Notes under the pieces: generated by a model
Databases searched by the model: none
Seen by the model: the letters and a program-made list of their open reading frames with translations, nothing else
Told to the model about the DNA's origin: nothing
NCBI GenBank assembly: GCA_963662795.1
Contig: OY759746.1
Location: 3,008,001-3,072,000, forward strand
Source: Spirochaetia bacterium
Lineage (GTDB): Bacteria; Spirochaetota; Spirochaetia; CADAEX01
Direction: 5' to 3'
DNA length: 64,000 nucleotides
Program-made: the position numbers and the translations under genes
Shown here: in pieces, positions 10,626 to 20,136 of the stretch
Numbering within the stretch: the stretch's first letter is position 1
Layout of the letters: the number at the start of each line of letters is the position of its first letter

Positions 10626-11156
10626 TTATTTTGTTAATTCAGTAAAAATCCTTATTACGTTATCTGTATCCCATTCCTTTGCACCTATAAAGCCTCCGGC
10701 AAGTTTTCCATTTGTATCAATTATATAAGTTGTAGGGATTGATCGTGCCTGATACCTTGATGCAGCTTCTGCCTTGGGATCTACCAGTACGGTGAATGTA
10801 TATTTGTTTTTGGTTATGAACTCCTTGACTGTTTTTGGATCCTCCTGAACATTTACAGCAAGCATTTCGAAATTCCTCCCTTTTAGTTTATTGTAAAGTA
10901 CTTCCATGGATGGCATTTCTTTTCTGCATGGAGGACACCATGTGGCCCAGAAGTTGAGCATTATTACTTTTCCCTGAAAATCTTTAAGATTAACCTGTTT
11001 TCCGTTTATATCTGTAAGTGAAAAGTCAAAATAGTTGACATCTCCTTCAATTGTCTGCATATCCATAGCGTGCAGACTGTCTTTGAATGTATCTGCATAC
11101 AGATTCCCGTACAGTATAAAAAGCATAAAAGCTGTTAAAATAATATTTTTTCTCAT
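10626..11156 (-). CDS. TlpA/ResA-like thiol-disulfide oxidoreductase
   Basis: LNFWATWCPPCRKEMPSM; signal peptide; upstream of dsbD. Confidence 0.9.
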   Translation of the reverse strand: MRKNIILTAFMLFILYGNLYADTFKDSLHAMDMQTIEGDVNYFDFSLTDINGKQVNLKDFQGKVIMLNFWATWCPPCRKEMPSMEVLYNKLKGRNFEMLAVNVQEDPKTVKEFITKNKYTFTVLVDPKAEAASRYQARSIPTTYIIDTNGKLAGGFIGAKEWDTDNVIRIFTELTK

Positions 11157-11239
11157 CTGATTCGTCTCCTCCGGCTAAATTGCAATATATGAATAACTAT
11201 ATGTAAATAATAATATGCAGCAGTTATAAAGTCCAATAT

Positions 11240-11923
11240 TTAAAAAGAAAATACATAGGAAAGAATGACAAAAAAGTTAAAAAATGTATGTGAAAGGGCA
11301 TTTATGTGAATATTTCTGTGTTTAAGGAATATCAGGGATAATACTATCCCTCCTGAAAATGAAAGTAAAATTCCGGCTGTACCCTGATACGCATGACAGG
11401 CAGAAAACATCAGCGAAGATAGTATAACCGGGATATAATATCTCCCGTTATTTTTTAATGCATTTAAAAGATATGATCTGAAAAAAAGTTCTTCCCTGTA
11501 TCCTGTCACCGCGGAAACAACCAGGTATAGCGGAAGCAGGGAAAAATTATCTCTGACCGCAGCAGCCGCTTCATTAGCCGCTGTCACGGAAGAAATTACC
11601 CGGTCAGGGTAAAAAAAACGGCTGTACAGACCGGTAAAGGCAGTGGAAAAAAGGAGCAGCGCAGCAGTATAAAAGATGGCTAACGGAATTGTGGAGGATT
11701 TTATTTTAGTCATGCCGGCTTCTGTTTTGCTGTAATTTTTAGTATCAAGAATCCAGATAATAAATATAATCTGGGGAATTGCAGTTATGAGATATACAGT
11801 CACTGATGAGGCAGAAGTAAGGATGAAAGAACTGTTTTCCATAAATAAAAATACTGAGGGAAAAAACAATACCGCATATATAAGTAATGGCTCAAAAACT
11901 GTTAAATCTGTTTTTAATCGCAT
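11240..11923 (-). CDS. CPBP (CAAX protease/Abi) family intramembrane metalloprotease
   Basis: EELFFR, FSACH, HTFFN motifs; multiple TM helices. Confidence 0.85.
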   Translation of the reverse strand: MRLKTDLTVFEPLLIYAVLFFPSVFLFMENSSFILTSASSVTVYLITAIPQIIFIIWILDTKNYSKTEAGMTKIKSSTIPLAIFYTAALLLFSTAFTGLYSRFFYPDRVISSVTAANEAAAAVRDNFSLLPLYLVVSAVTGYREELFFRSYLLNALKNNGRYYIPVILSSLMFSACHAYQGTAGILLSFSGGIVLSLIFLKHRNIHINALSHTFFNFFVILSYVFSF

Positions 11924-12042
11924 AATTTTAATCTATACACTATTGAAGATATATGTAATATTTTTTGCTATCAATTTTTATCTTTTAAAGATATAATTAA
12001 CACTATAAAAAGTTTGTTCGATAATTAATAACAAGAAACATT

Positions 12043-13035
12043 ATGACAGTAATTTTAATTTTTACAATAATATTGATAGCAGCGGTGCTCGTACTTCTCA
12101 AAATTTTCGCGAGCGATAATTTTCCCTGGATACAGTTTTATACAAGGGGAAGAGAAAGCGGCTTTGCTTTTCCTGAAATAAACCTACTCAGAAAGGTTGC
12201 GGTTGAAAACAATATTCAAAATCCTGTATCACTCTTCTGGTCTGTAAAGCAGCTCGACAGGTGCCTGCGCAGCATGATTATAAAACTTAAAACTACAGCA
12301 GGATACGGAGCAAATCAGGAGCTTATTTCAAAACTTTTTGATTTCAGAAAAAAGGTTGAATTTGAACAGCCGAAATATAAAATTGGAATTACCACAAGCA
12401 GAAAAATAGCAGTCAGGCAGGTAATCAAGATCACCCTTCCCGGTGTAGGGAATTATGTCTCCAATGTTGTTGAGAATTTAAGAAAATATTTTGCAATCTC
12501 TTATCCTGTCGGGCCTACGCTGCCTATGGGCGTTTCCTGGTCAGGACAAAAAATAAATGTCTATTTCTGGAGACCGGACGATGCCGGCTATGTCTTTGAA
12601 ACAAGAATTCTTAACGATTTTACAGACAGCAAAGTACCTATTTTACATGTAGCCCATTCAGATACCCTTGTAAGAAGCCAGAAACGGGGTTCGGTAAGGG
12701 CAGATGTAAATAAAAACGCGCATCTATATTCGATCAAGAACGATGAAGGCGCCAATGAGAATATTGAAAAAACATCCGGAATCAAATGCATGATTCTTGA
12801 TATTTCGGAAGACGGCGCTGCCATTCTGATAGGTGGAAAAGCCCGGGCCGGTCTTTCTGTAAAAATTCAGACAAAACTCTCCGGTGAAGATGTTGTAATG
12901 TGCGGTGTTGTAAGGGGCGTTAATTACAACCAGAATAAAAACCAATCTGTTCTTCATTTAAAAGCGGCCCCTCTCGGTTTCAATATGAAAAACAGGGTTT
13001 TAGGCTTTGTTTACGGCCTTTTCCCCGATAAATGA
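12043..13035 (+). CDS. Membrane-anchored PilZ-domain (flagellar-brake-like) c-di-GMP receptor
   Basis: N-terminal TM helix; RxxxR (RGSVR) and DxSxxG (DISEDG). Confidence 0.8.
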   Translation: MTVILIFTIILIAAVLVLLKIFASDNFPWIQFYTRGRESGFAFPEINLLRKVAVENNIQNPVSLFWSVKQLDRCLRSMIIKLKTTAGYGANQELISKLFDFRKKVEFEQPKYKIGITTSRKIAVRQVIKITLPGVGNYVSNVVENLRKYFAISYPVGPTLPMGVSWSGQKINVYFWRPDDAGYVFETRILNDFTDSKVPILHVAHSDTLVRSQKRGSVRADVNKNAHLYSIKNDEGANENIEKTSGIKCMILDISEDGAAILIGGKARAGLSVKIQTKLSGEDVVMCGVVRGVNYNQNKNQSVLHLKAAPLGFNMKNRVLGFVYGLFPDK

Positions 13036-13760
13036 TAAATCAGACCATGTATTTCATAAATGGAATTCTTCAATCAGTAAAAAGAAAAAAATCTTTATTA
13101 ATTTTTATTCTGCTTATAATTTCCAATACCTTTCTATTATGTCAGATTCTCACGGCACAGCAGCTTCCGGAGGGCAGCAGCGCAAGCGCAGCATATCAGA
13201 AGATGCTTGATGCTGTTCTCAGCAGTCCGCCGCGGGAAGTCCAGAATGTGCTTCAAAGTGCGTGGGAGGGGAGTGAGCTTACAATAATTGAAAAAGGAAA
13301 GCTGTTTGAGGCTGTAATGAAACTTTCTTTTGATTATAAGCCGAAAGACCACCTGGAATCTTCCGTGGTAGACAATATCCGCCTTATGTGTATAAGAAAA
13401 TTTTCTGAACTGAAGTGGGCGGAAGCAACTGAACTTGTAATTATCTATCTCGACAGGCTGACCAGCTATAAAAATACCATTCCGGTCAAAAACCAGATGA
13501 TAGAAGCCATCAACTGCCTTGGATCGTTAAACACGCATGAAGCAGCTTTGCGGTTAAACATGTTTCTTGAAGTAACAAATAATTTTGCACAAAACGGCTT
13601 TACATATGACAATGACATTGTTTTTGCCGTAATAAGAAACCTTGGAAGAATCGGAGATATAACTGCTTTTGAAAATCTTTCCAGTGTCAAAAATTATTCC
13701 TATACACCGGAAATCATCAGAGAAGCTGAAATTTCCCTGTCAAAACTTAAAGCCAGATAA
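13032..13760 (+). CDS. HEAT-repeat-like helical protein with N-terminal signal/TM segment
   Basis: EAINCLGSL, AVIRNLGRIGD helical repeats. Confidence 0.55.
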   Translation: MINQTMYFINGILQSVKRKKSLLIFILLIISNTFLLCQILTAQQLPEGSSASAAYQKMLDAVLSSPPREVQNVLQSAWEGSELTIIEKGKLFEAVMKLSFDYKPKDHLESSVVDNIRLMCIRKFSELKWAEATELVIIYLDRLTSYKNTIPVKNQMIEAINCLGSLNTHEAALRLNMFLEVTNNFAQNGFTYDNDIVFAVIRNLGRIGDITAFENLSSVKNYSYTPEIIREAEISLSKLKAR

Positions 13761-15078
13761 TATTTCTTCAATAAAAAAGTACTATTATGATCTCACTGTT
13801 TTTGCAATTATTGCTTTTTCCGTTGCTGCTTTTCTCCCTGTACTAAGAACTCCTGTTCCATTTGTTCCGTTTGAATCTGATAATATCTCATATATTGAAG
13901 GCGTGCTTACTGCCGATTCAAAAGTACTGCGGGGGGGTAAGGCTTTTTATTTACTGAAATTAAGATCTGCCGTATCTAAAACCGGCATAAGGGCGGAAAC
14001 AGAAGGATGCATCAAGGTTATCTCCCGCGGTGAAGCCCTGTACCGGGGGTCACATGTAAGGATAGAAAAGCCTGATTTCCTGCAGTATGATTATTCATTG
14101 CCGCTGTATTTTCAATCTCCGCCTGTTATAACCGGATATTCCGCAGTTCCGGTTTACATTCCTGAATCTGTTATTTTAAGAAAAAGAACTGTAGATTACA
14201 TACTTTCCGGTGTGAAAAAAATAGAAACAGGGAACGGACTGGTCGCTGCCCTTCTCATCGGGAACAGGATAGGTCTCGACCCTGTTCTCGCAGAAAACAT
14301 AAGAAAGGCCGGATGCTCCCACCTCCTTGCACTCTCCGGCATGCACCTTGGAATACTTACAATGTTTATATTTTTTATTCTTAAAAAGGCTATCGGGATA
14401 AGATTTTCGATTATTGTCTCACTTGTGTTTAATTACCTTTATGCAGTATCTGCGGGGATGTCGGCATCCCTCCTGCGCGCTTTTATTTTTTTTCTGCTTG
14501 CCTCTGTCTCAAGGCTTTCCTCCAGAAAGGGGGATTTCAGGAGGCTGATTGTCCTCTGTTTTGCTGTTGCTGTTTTTACAGCGCCGGATGAGGCCGGTGA
14601 ACTCACATTCCAGTATTCATTTATAGCAGTTTGCGGTATAATTTTTCTTACAGATTACATCTACAGAATAATCCCCGGTTTTATACCCCCGTTAATTGCC
14701 GCCCCTTTTGCCTGTACGCTGGCCGCACAGATCCCCTCTTATGTTCTTTCTGCCATTGTATTTAAAGAAATATACCTCTCCGGTCTTGTTTCCTCCCTGA
14801 TCCTTACCCCTTTAGTAACTGTTTTAATGCTCACCGCTTTCCCGTCCCTTATTATTGTTCTGCTTACAGGAAGGATTCCCATGGCGGTAAATTACCTTCT
14901 TGAGTTATTATCTGTATCAATCGGGAAAGCAGCATCCTTATTTGCCTTATTGCCGCCTGTTAAAACCGGAGTGTTGTCAATTTGTCTATTAATTATTATC
15001 AATCTATTTGTTATAGTCTTTGCCATGTTCCCGCTTCGGCCGTTTAAATTGTTAAATTTTTTAAAGAGGTACAGATGA
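13669..15078 (+). CDS. comEC: ComEC/Rec2 competence membrane protein (no C-terminal beta-lactamase domain; start uncertain)
   Basis: GCSHLLALSGMHLG, SLLRA, FQYSF. Confidence 0.85.
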   Translation: MKIFPVSKIIPIHRKSSEKLKFPCQNLKPDNISSIKKYYYDLTVFAIIAFSVAAFLPVLRTPVPFVPFESDNISYIEGVLTADSKVLRGGKAFYLLKLRSAVSKTGIRAETEGCIKVISRGEALYRGSHVRIEKPDFLQYDYSLPLYFQSPPVITGYSAVPVYIPESVILRKRTVDYILSGVKKIETGNGLVAALLIGNRIGLDPVLAENIRKAGCSHLLALSGMHLGILTMFIFFILKKAIGIRFSIIVSLVFNYLYAVSAGMSASLLRAFIFFLLASVSRLSSRKGDFRRLIVLCFAVAVFTAPDEAGELTFQYSFIAVCGIIFLTDYIYRIIPGFIPPLIAAPFACTLAAQIPSYVLSAIVFKEIYLSGLVSSLILTPLVTVLMLTAFPSLIIVLLTGRIPMAVNYLLELLSVSIGKAASLFALLPPVKTGVLSICLLIIINLFVIVFAMFPLRPFKLLNFLKRYR

Positions 15079-15914
15079 ATTATAATTCCCCGAAAGATAT
15101 TATCCGTTTACTGGCGGAAAAAGGACTTGCTCCCCAGAAAAAATTCGGACAGAACTTTCTTGTTTCAGGAAGTGTGAGGGAACAGATTATTTCAGCAATA
15201 GATCTGAAAAGCGGCCTTAAAATATGGGAGATAGGTCCCGGTCTCGGTTCGATAACAGAACTAATTCTTGAAAAGATCTCACCCGATTCCGGCGGGCATC
15301 TGACAGTATTTGAGATTGACAGGGGTTTTTCCGAACTGCTCCGCTCGCTTTTCAGGGATAAAATCGAGATTGTTCAAGGCGATATCCTTAAAACCTGGAA
15401 GAACTACAGCACTGAACAGGGACTGCCTGACAGAATATTCGGCAACCTTCCCTATAACACAGCTTCTGTAATGATTGCATCGTTTATTGAAGAGAGTTTT
15501 GTCCCTGAAAAAATGGTTTTCACGGTGCAGAAAGAGGTTGCGCAGAGAATGGCATCAAAGCCGGGTGTCAGCGGATATTCATCATTTTCAGTTCTATGTC
15601 AGCTTGCCTGTGATGTTAAAATTGAGTCGGAAATCAAGGGGGGGGCGTTTTATCCTGCGCCGGATGTGATATCTGCCATTGTCTCGATGACTCCGCACGG
15701 GAGGTTCACTCATATTAAAAACCGGAAGGAATTCTCGCAGTTCCTGAGAATGCTTTTCAATTCCAGACGTAAAACAATATTCAATAATCTCAAAACAATC
15801 GGTAAAGAAAAAACCGTTGCTGTACTGGATGCTGAAGGTATTCCTCCCGGCATCAGGGCCGAAAAGCTTGATGTCGGGCAAATTGTCTCGCTTTTTACAA
15901 GAATCAGCGGATAA
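15075..15914 (+). CDS. rsmA: 16S rRNA adenine dimethyltransferase
   Basis: KKFGQNFL, EIGPGLG, GNLPYN, QKEVAQR, FYPAPDV. Confidence 0.95.
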   Translation: MNYNSPKDIIRLLAEKGLAPQKKFGQNFLVSGSVREQIISAIDLKSGLKIWEIGPGLGSITELILEKISPDSGGHLTVFEIDRGFSELLRSLFRDKIEIVQGDILKTWKNYSTEQGLPDRIFGNLPYNTASVMIASFIEESFVPEKMVFTVQKEVAQRMASKPGVSGYSSFSVLCQLACDVKIESEIKGGAFYPAPDVISAIVSMTPHGRFTHIKNRKEFSQFLRMLFNSRRKTIFNNLKTIGKEKTVAVLDAEGIPPGIRAEKLDVGQIVSLFTRISG

Positions 15915-15992
15915 AGTGTTAATATCCTGTATTTGCTGATTCGGCTGTTTCATAAGCTGAGTATCTGTCCCTGACTCCCTCTATCAGGGAAC

Positions 15993-16034
15993 AAAAAAGG
16001 CTGCCTGAATTCCCTGTTCCGGGGAGGCAGCCTT
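15993..16034 (-). terminator. Intrinsic terminator after dapA, facing rsmA
   Basis: AAGGCTGCCT...AGGCAGCCTT 10-bp stem followed by T6 on the minus strand. Confidence 0.7.
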
Positions 16035-16107
16035 ATCGATTATCAATCGGGCTATAGTCCTTCCGCCGGTTTTAATCAGCTCAGGCTAGCCAGGGAATGG
16101 ATGACCG

Positions 16108-17010
16108 TTATTTAAAAAACTTTGTGAATTTTGATATGAGGTCCATTTTGTCAAGCACATCCTTAACCTGCTTCTTGTTATCCCTGCTCAATTCGCAGAG
16201 CGGAAGCCTGTAGATTTCCTTAATCATACCTTTCAGCGACATCATATATTTAATGGGAATCGGATTAGTATCAATAAATTCTGCCTTGAAAAGGGGAAGA
16301 AGCTTATAATGAAGCTCCCGCGCTTTCATCATATTTCCTGCAAGTGCCGCTTTTACCAGTTCTTCCATCTGTGAAGGGATAAGGTTACTTGCGACAGATA
16401 CAATTCCTGTACCTCCAAGCGCGATAATTGGAAGGCCGAGATTGTCATCTCCGGAAAGTATATCAAAGTCGGCAGGTTTTTCAGCCGCAAGTTCCATGAC
16501 CTGTGCTATATTTCCGCTTGCCTCTTTTACAGCGCAGATGTTCTGATGTTTTGCGAGTTTAAGCATTGTGCTGTTTTCAATATTTTTCCCGCTCCTGCCG
16601 GGAATGTTATAAACCAGGAGAGGAATATCAACCGCATCGGCAATTGCCATGAAGTGTTTGTATAAACCTTCCTGGCTCGGCTTGTTGTAATAGGGCGCTA
16701 CCTGAAGAGATACATCAGCTCCGTAATCTTTGGCAAGTTTTGTCATCCTTATTGCTTCATCAGTACAGTTTGAGCCGGAACCGGCAATTACAGGGACTCT
16801 TCCCGCAGACTGTTTTACAACAAATTCCACTACTTTCATGTGGTCTTCATGGCTTAGTGTGGGGCTTTCCCCTGTTGTTCCCATCGGCGCGAGACCGCTT
16901 ATTTTCTCATCAATCTGGAACTCAATAAGATTTTTCAAAGATTCCCAGTCTACCGAGCCGTCCTTGTTGAATGGGGTGACAAGAGCTGTATATACACCTT
17001 TTAATCTCAT
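16108..17010 (-). CDS. dapA: 4-hydroxy-tetrahydrodipicolinate synthase
   Basis: GTTGES, PYYNKP, YNIPGRSG, KEASG, SGDD, NPIPIK. Confidence 0.95.
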   Translation of the reverse strand: MRLKGVYTALVTPFNKDGSVDWESLKNLIEFQIDEKISGLAPMGTTGESPTLSHEDHMKVVEFVVKQSAGRVPVIAGSGSNCTDEAIRMTKLAKDYGADVSLQVAPYYNKPSQEGLYKHFMAIADAVDIPLLVYNIPGRSGKNIENSTMLKLAKHQNICAVKEASGNIAQVMELAAEKPADFDILSGDDNLGLPIIALGGTGIVSVASNLIPSQMEELVKAALAGNMMKARELHYKLLPLFKAEFIDTNPIPIKYMMSLKGMIKEIYRLPLCELSRDNKKQVKDVLDKMDLISKFTKFFK

Positions 17011-17020
17011 AGTTTACTCC

Positions 17021-17764
17021 TTAACCTAATAATTCTTTAATAAATAATTCAACCGGAAAAAAGCCTTTTTTATCTTTGACCCATTCCGCTGCCATTACGG
17101 CACCAAGTGCAAAACCGTTTCTGTTTCTTGCCCTGTGTGTAATTTCAATCGTATCAGCGGCAGAATCAAGCATCACCGTGTGAGTACCGGGAATTTCACC
17201 GCATCGGGTAGAAGTAACATGAAGCTCATTTTCTTTTATCTGCCGGTCCAGGGTTTCTGTTGTGATTGTATCTTTTCTGTCAAGACCTGCAATGATTTTT
17301 GATGCAGCAGTAAGCGCTGTTCCTGACGGAGAATCTTTTTTCCTTTTGTGATGATACTCATGTAAAAGCATATCATATTCCGGCAGGGAATTTATCAGTA
17401 AAGCTGCTTTTTCCGTCAGAATAAAGAACAAATGAGCCCCAATGGAAAAATTAGAGCCCCAGATAAAACCGATTCCTGCATTATTTACCTGTTTTTGAAT
17501 TTTTTCCCGTATCTGTTCCCACCCTGTTGTACCCATTACAACAGGTGTTTTTCCCTGCACATATACATTACAGTTGCTTTCAACAGCGGCAGGTGAAGAA
17601 AAATCAATTACTACATCTGCCTCTTCAAGAAGACCCAAGGTAACTTGCTTATGTCCGCCTGATGCAACAGGATCTACAAATCCGGTGAGGGAATGCCCGC
17701 GGGAGATTAGGATTTTTTCTATCTCTTTTCCCATGCTCCCATATCCAATCAGTAATACTTTCAT
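17021..17764 (-). CDS. dapB: 4-hydroxy-tetrahydrodipicolinate reductase
   Basis: GYGSMG, GTTG, SNFSIG, EYHHKRKKDSPSGTA, FALGA. Confidence 0.95.
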   Translation of the reverse strand: MKVLLIGYGSMGKEIEKILISRGHSLTGFVDPVASGGHKQVTLGLLEEADVVIDFSSPAAVESNCNVYVQGKTPVVMGTTGWEQIREKIQKQVNNAGIGFIWGSNFSIGAHLFFILTEKAALLINSLPEYDMLLHEYHHKRKKDSPSGTALTAASKIIAGLDRKDTITTETLDRQIKENELHVTSTRCGEIPGTHTVMLDSAADTIEITHRARNRNGFALGAVMAAEWVKDKKGFFPVELFIKELLG

Positions 17765-17804
17765 GAAGGAATATTTTAAAATAAAACCGAAGTTGTCAAC
17801 CCCT

Positions 17805-17838
17805 AAAAAAAAATCCGCTCCTGTCGGGGGAACGGATT
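17805..17838 (-). terminator. Intrinsic terminator after pta
   Basis: AATCCG...CGGATT hairpin plus T9 on the minus strand. Confidence 0.65.
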
Positions 17839-17868
17839 GTAAGATTGCTGATATTGATATCAGAAAGA

Positions 17869-18864
17869 CTATTTTTTGTTTATTGTTGCAAGTGAACTGT
17901 AAACTATATCGTTAGCGTTGCATCCTCTTGAAAGGTCTGATACCGGTTTTGCAAATCCCTGCAGTACAGGACCGTAGGCTTCAAACCCGCCGAACCGCTG
18001 TGTAAGCTTGTATCCGATGTTTCCTGCGTTAAGGTTCGGGAAAATAAGTGTATTTGCGTATCCTGCGACTTTTGACCCTGGCGCTTTTCTCTGACCTACT
18101 TCCGGAATTATTGACGCGTCAAGCTGCAGTTCTCCGTCAACATCAAGATCAGGGGCGGCGGCTTTTACAATCTCAAGCGCTTTTGTTACCCTGTCTACTG
18201 TTTCATGTGTTGCAGAGCCTTTGGTTGAAAAAGACATCATTGCTATTTTCGGCTCTGTCAGAAGATAGCTTCTGCATGAATCTGCAGCTGCAAGAACTAT
18301 GTCGGCAAGCTGTTCAGATGTGGGATCGATGATTACAGCGCAGTCAGCCATTATAAGGCTTCCGTTGTGGCCCCATTTTGAACCTGGTTTATCCATAATA
18401 AAACATGAGGAAGCTGTTTTTATTCCGGGTGCGGTTTTTATAATCTTGAGTGCGGCTGAAATAACAGCTCCTGTTGAATTCTCGGCTCCGGCAACCATTG
18501 CGTATGCAACATCTTTCCGTACCATCATTGCGCCCCAGCTTAACACCCCTTTCATTTCCTCAGCAGCCTGTGCTTCTGTCATCCCCTTGTGTTTTCTCAG
18601 TTCATAGTATTCATTGACATATTCATCACGGTTGGGTGATTTTTCAGGATTTACAATTACTATTCTGTCGTTGAGTTTAACGCCTATGGAATCAGCGTTT
18701 TTCCTGATTTCATTATCATCTCCTACAAGAAAAACTTCAGAAATCAGATTTTCGTCGATTAATGTTTTTGCCGCGGTTATTACCCTTGAATCCCTTCCTT
18801 CCGGCAGAACCAGTTTAAGCATTTTTGCCCGTGCTTCTTCTTTCATTCTTTCTATGAACCCCAT
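17869..18864 (-). CDS. pta: Phosphate acetyltransferase
   Basis: LVLPEG, ADCAV, SFSTKGS, DGELQLDA, FPNLNAGNIGYK, DLSRGC. Confidence 0.95.
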   Translation of the reverse strand: MGFIERMKEEARAKMLKLVLPEGRDSRVITAAKTLIDENLISEVFLVGDDNEIRKNADSIGVKLNDRIVIVNPEKSPNRDEYVNEYYELRKHKGMTEAQAAEEMKGVLSWGAMMVRKDVAYAMVAGAENSTGAVISAALKIIKTAPGIKTASSCFIMDKPGSKWGHNGSLIMADCAVIIDPTSEQLADIVLAAADSCRSYLLTEPKIAMMSFSTKGSATHETVDRVTKALEIVKAAAPDLDVDGELQLDASIIPEVGQRKAPGSKVAGYANTLIFPNLNAGNIGYKLTQRFGGFEAYGPVLQGFAKPVSDLSRGCNANDIVYSSLATINKK

Positions 18865-19054
18865 ATTTACTCCTTGAATTGCTCTTTTTCTGTAATTAGT
18901 CAGAGATGATTAATTGTTTTTACTTTAGTAATAATGACCTGTTTTCTATGAAATTTCAATGTCCTATTTCTGCAATATAATACAAAAAAGTATAAAAATC
19001 AGTTATTAATCGAATAACTGCTCATCTAAAGACCTGCTCTTTTTGCTATTCATC

Positions 19055-19083
19055 TTGACACCTCTTTGAAGGTTAAGTACGAT
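19055..19083 (+). promoter_or_regulatory. sigma70-type promoter of the bactofilin-TPR-mtaB unit
   Basis: TTGACA-17 nt-TACGAT, then a GGAGG RBS. Confidence 0.55.
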
Positions 19084-19112
19084 ATTTTCATAGAAATCCG
19101 GAGGGAGATAAA

Positions 19113-19466
19113 ATGGCTGAAGTCAGTATTAAAAATGTTGAAGAATCGGAAATAGATACTATCCTGTCAGAAGATATTGATTTTAAAGGCGAACTTTCTT
19201 TTGAAAAACCTCTTATGATTAAAGGCAAGTTCAATGGTGTTATAAATGCCTCAAGCAATCTGTATGTTGGAAAAGACGCTGTAATTACAGCCCAGGTTGA
19301 TGCCAGCCTGGTTTCAGTAAAAGGGCGGGTTGAGGGTAATATTAATTCAAAAGAAACGATTGAATTATTTTCCACTGCCATTATTACCGGAGATATTACA
19401 AGTCCTGCCGTTGTTATGGAAAAAGGGTGTATTTTCAACGGTATCTGTACAATGACAGCTAAATAA
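19113..19466 (+). CDS. Bactofilin (polymer-forming cytoskeletal protein)
   Basis: TILSEDIDFKGEL...IKGKFNG...VKGRVEGNI...ITGDI...MEKGCIFNG. Confidence 0.9.
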   Translation: MAEVSIKNVEESEIDTILSEDIDFKGELSFEKPLMIKGKFNGVINASSNLYVGKDAVITAQVDASLVSVKGRVEGNINSKETIELFSTAIITGDITSPAVVMEKGCIFNGICTMTAK

Positions 19467-19480
19467 ACTGGAGTTTTAAC

Positions 19481-20110
19481 ATGAAAAAACAACTACTCTA
19501 TATAATTATAATTTTTTTTATTGCGTCGGTATTTCCTCTTTTTTCACAGGAACGTCCCGATGCACTGCAGAAATACAAAAACGGTGAATATGAAGAAGCT
19601 GTTAAAATATGCCTTAATGAAATTGAACAGATGCCGCGTAACATGGATTCATATACCGTACTTGGCTGGTCTCTTATAAAACTTAAAAAATACCAGGAGG
19701 CGCTTGATTACAGCCTTGCGGCGCTTAAAATATCGCGCTATGACAGCAGGATAATAGAAAACTGCGGAGAAGCAAGTTATTATCTCGGCAACAATCTCGA
19801 AGCGCTTAAATACTTTGAGGAATATGTCTCGCTGGTACAGAGCGGCGGGCGGATTGATGTTGTTTATTATTACATGGGGGAAATCTTTATACAGATCGGC
19901 GAATTCCATCATGCCGATATAGCGCTCACTACAGCCCTGTATCATTCCCCGAATATTGCACGATGGTGGGCCCGGCTCGGCTATACGCGGGAGATGGCGG
20001 AAGATTACAAATGGTCCCTTGATGCGTATGACAAGGCTTTAAAGCTTAATCCTTCAAACCCTGAGGCAGTACGCGGTAAGAACAGGGTACAGATGAAGCT
20101 CGCAGGCTGA
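19481..20110 (+). CDS. Exported TPR protein
   Basis: Signal peptide; multiple TPR motifs (YDKALKLNPSNPEA). Confidence 0.8.
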   Translation: MKKQLLYIIIIFFIASVFPLFSQERPDALQKYKNGEYEEAVKICLNEIEQMPRNMDSYTVLGWSLIKLKKYQEALDYSLAALKISRYDSRIIENCGEASYYLGNNLEALKYFEEYVSLVQSGGRIDVVYYYMGEIFIQIGEFHHADIALTTALYHSPNIARWWARLGYTREMAEDYKWSLDAYDKALKLNPSNPEAVRGKNRVQMKLAG

Positions 20111-20136
20111 CAAGGGAGTACATTGCCTGTTTTTAA

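Noticed and set aside
15915-16107. Several hairpins between rsmA and dapA (for example TCCCTGA/TCAGGGA) suggested SRP RNA, a ribozyme or a lysine riboswitch
   Set aside because: Diagnostic motifs are absent and the region lies downstream of both genes; terminators explain it adequately.
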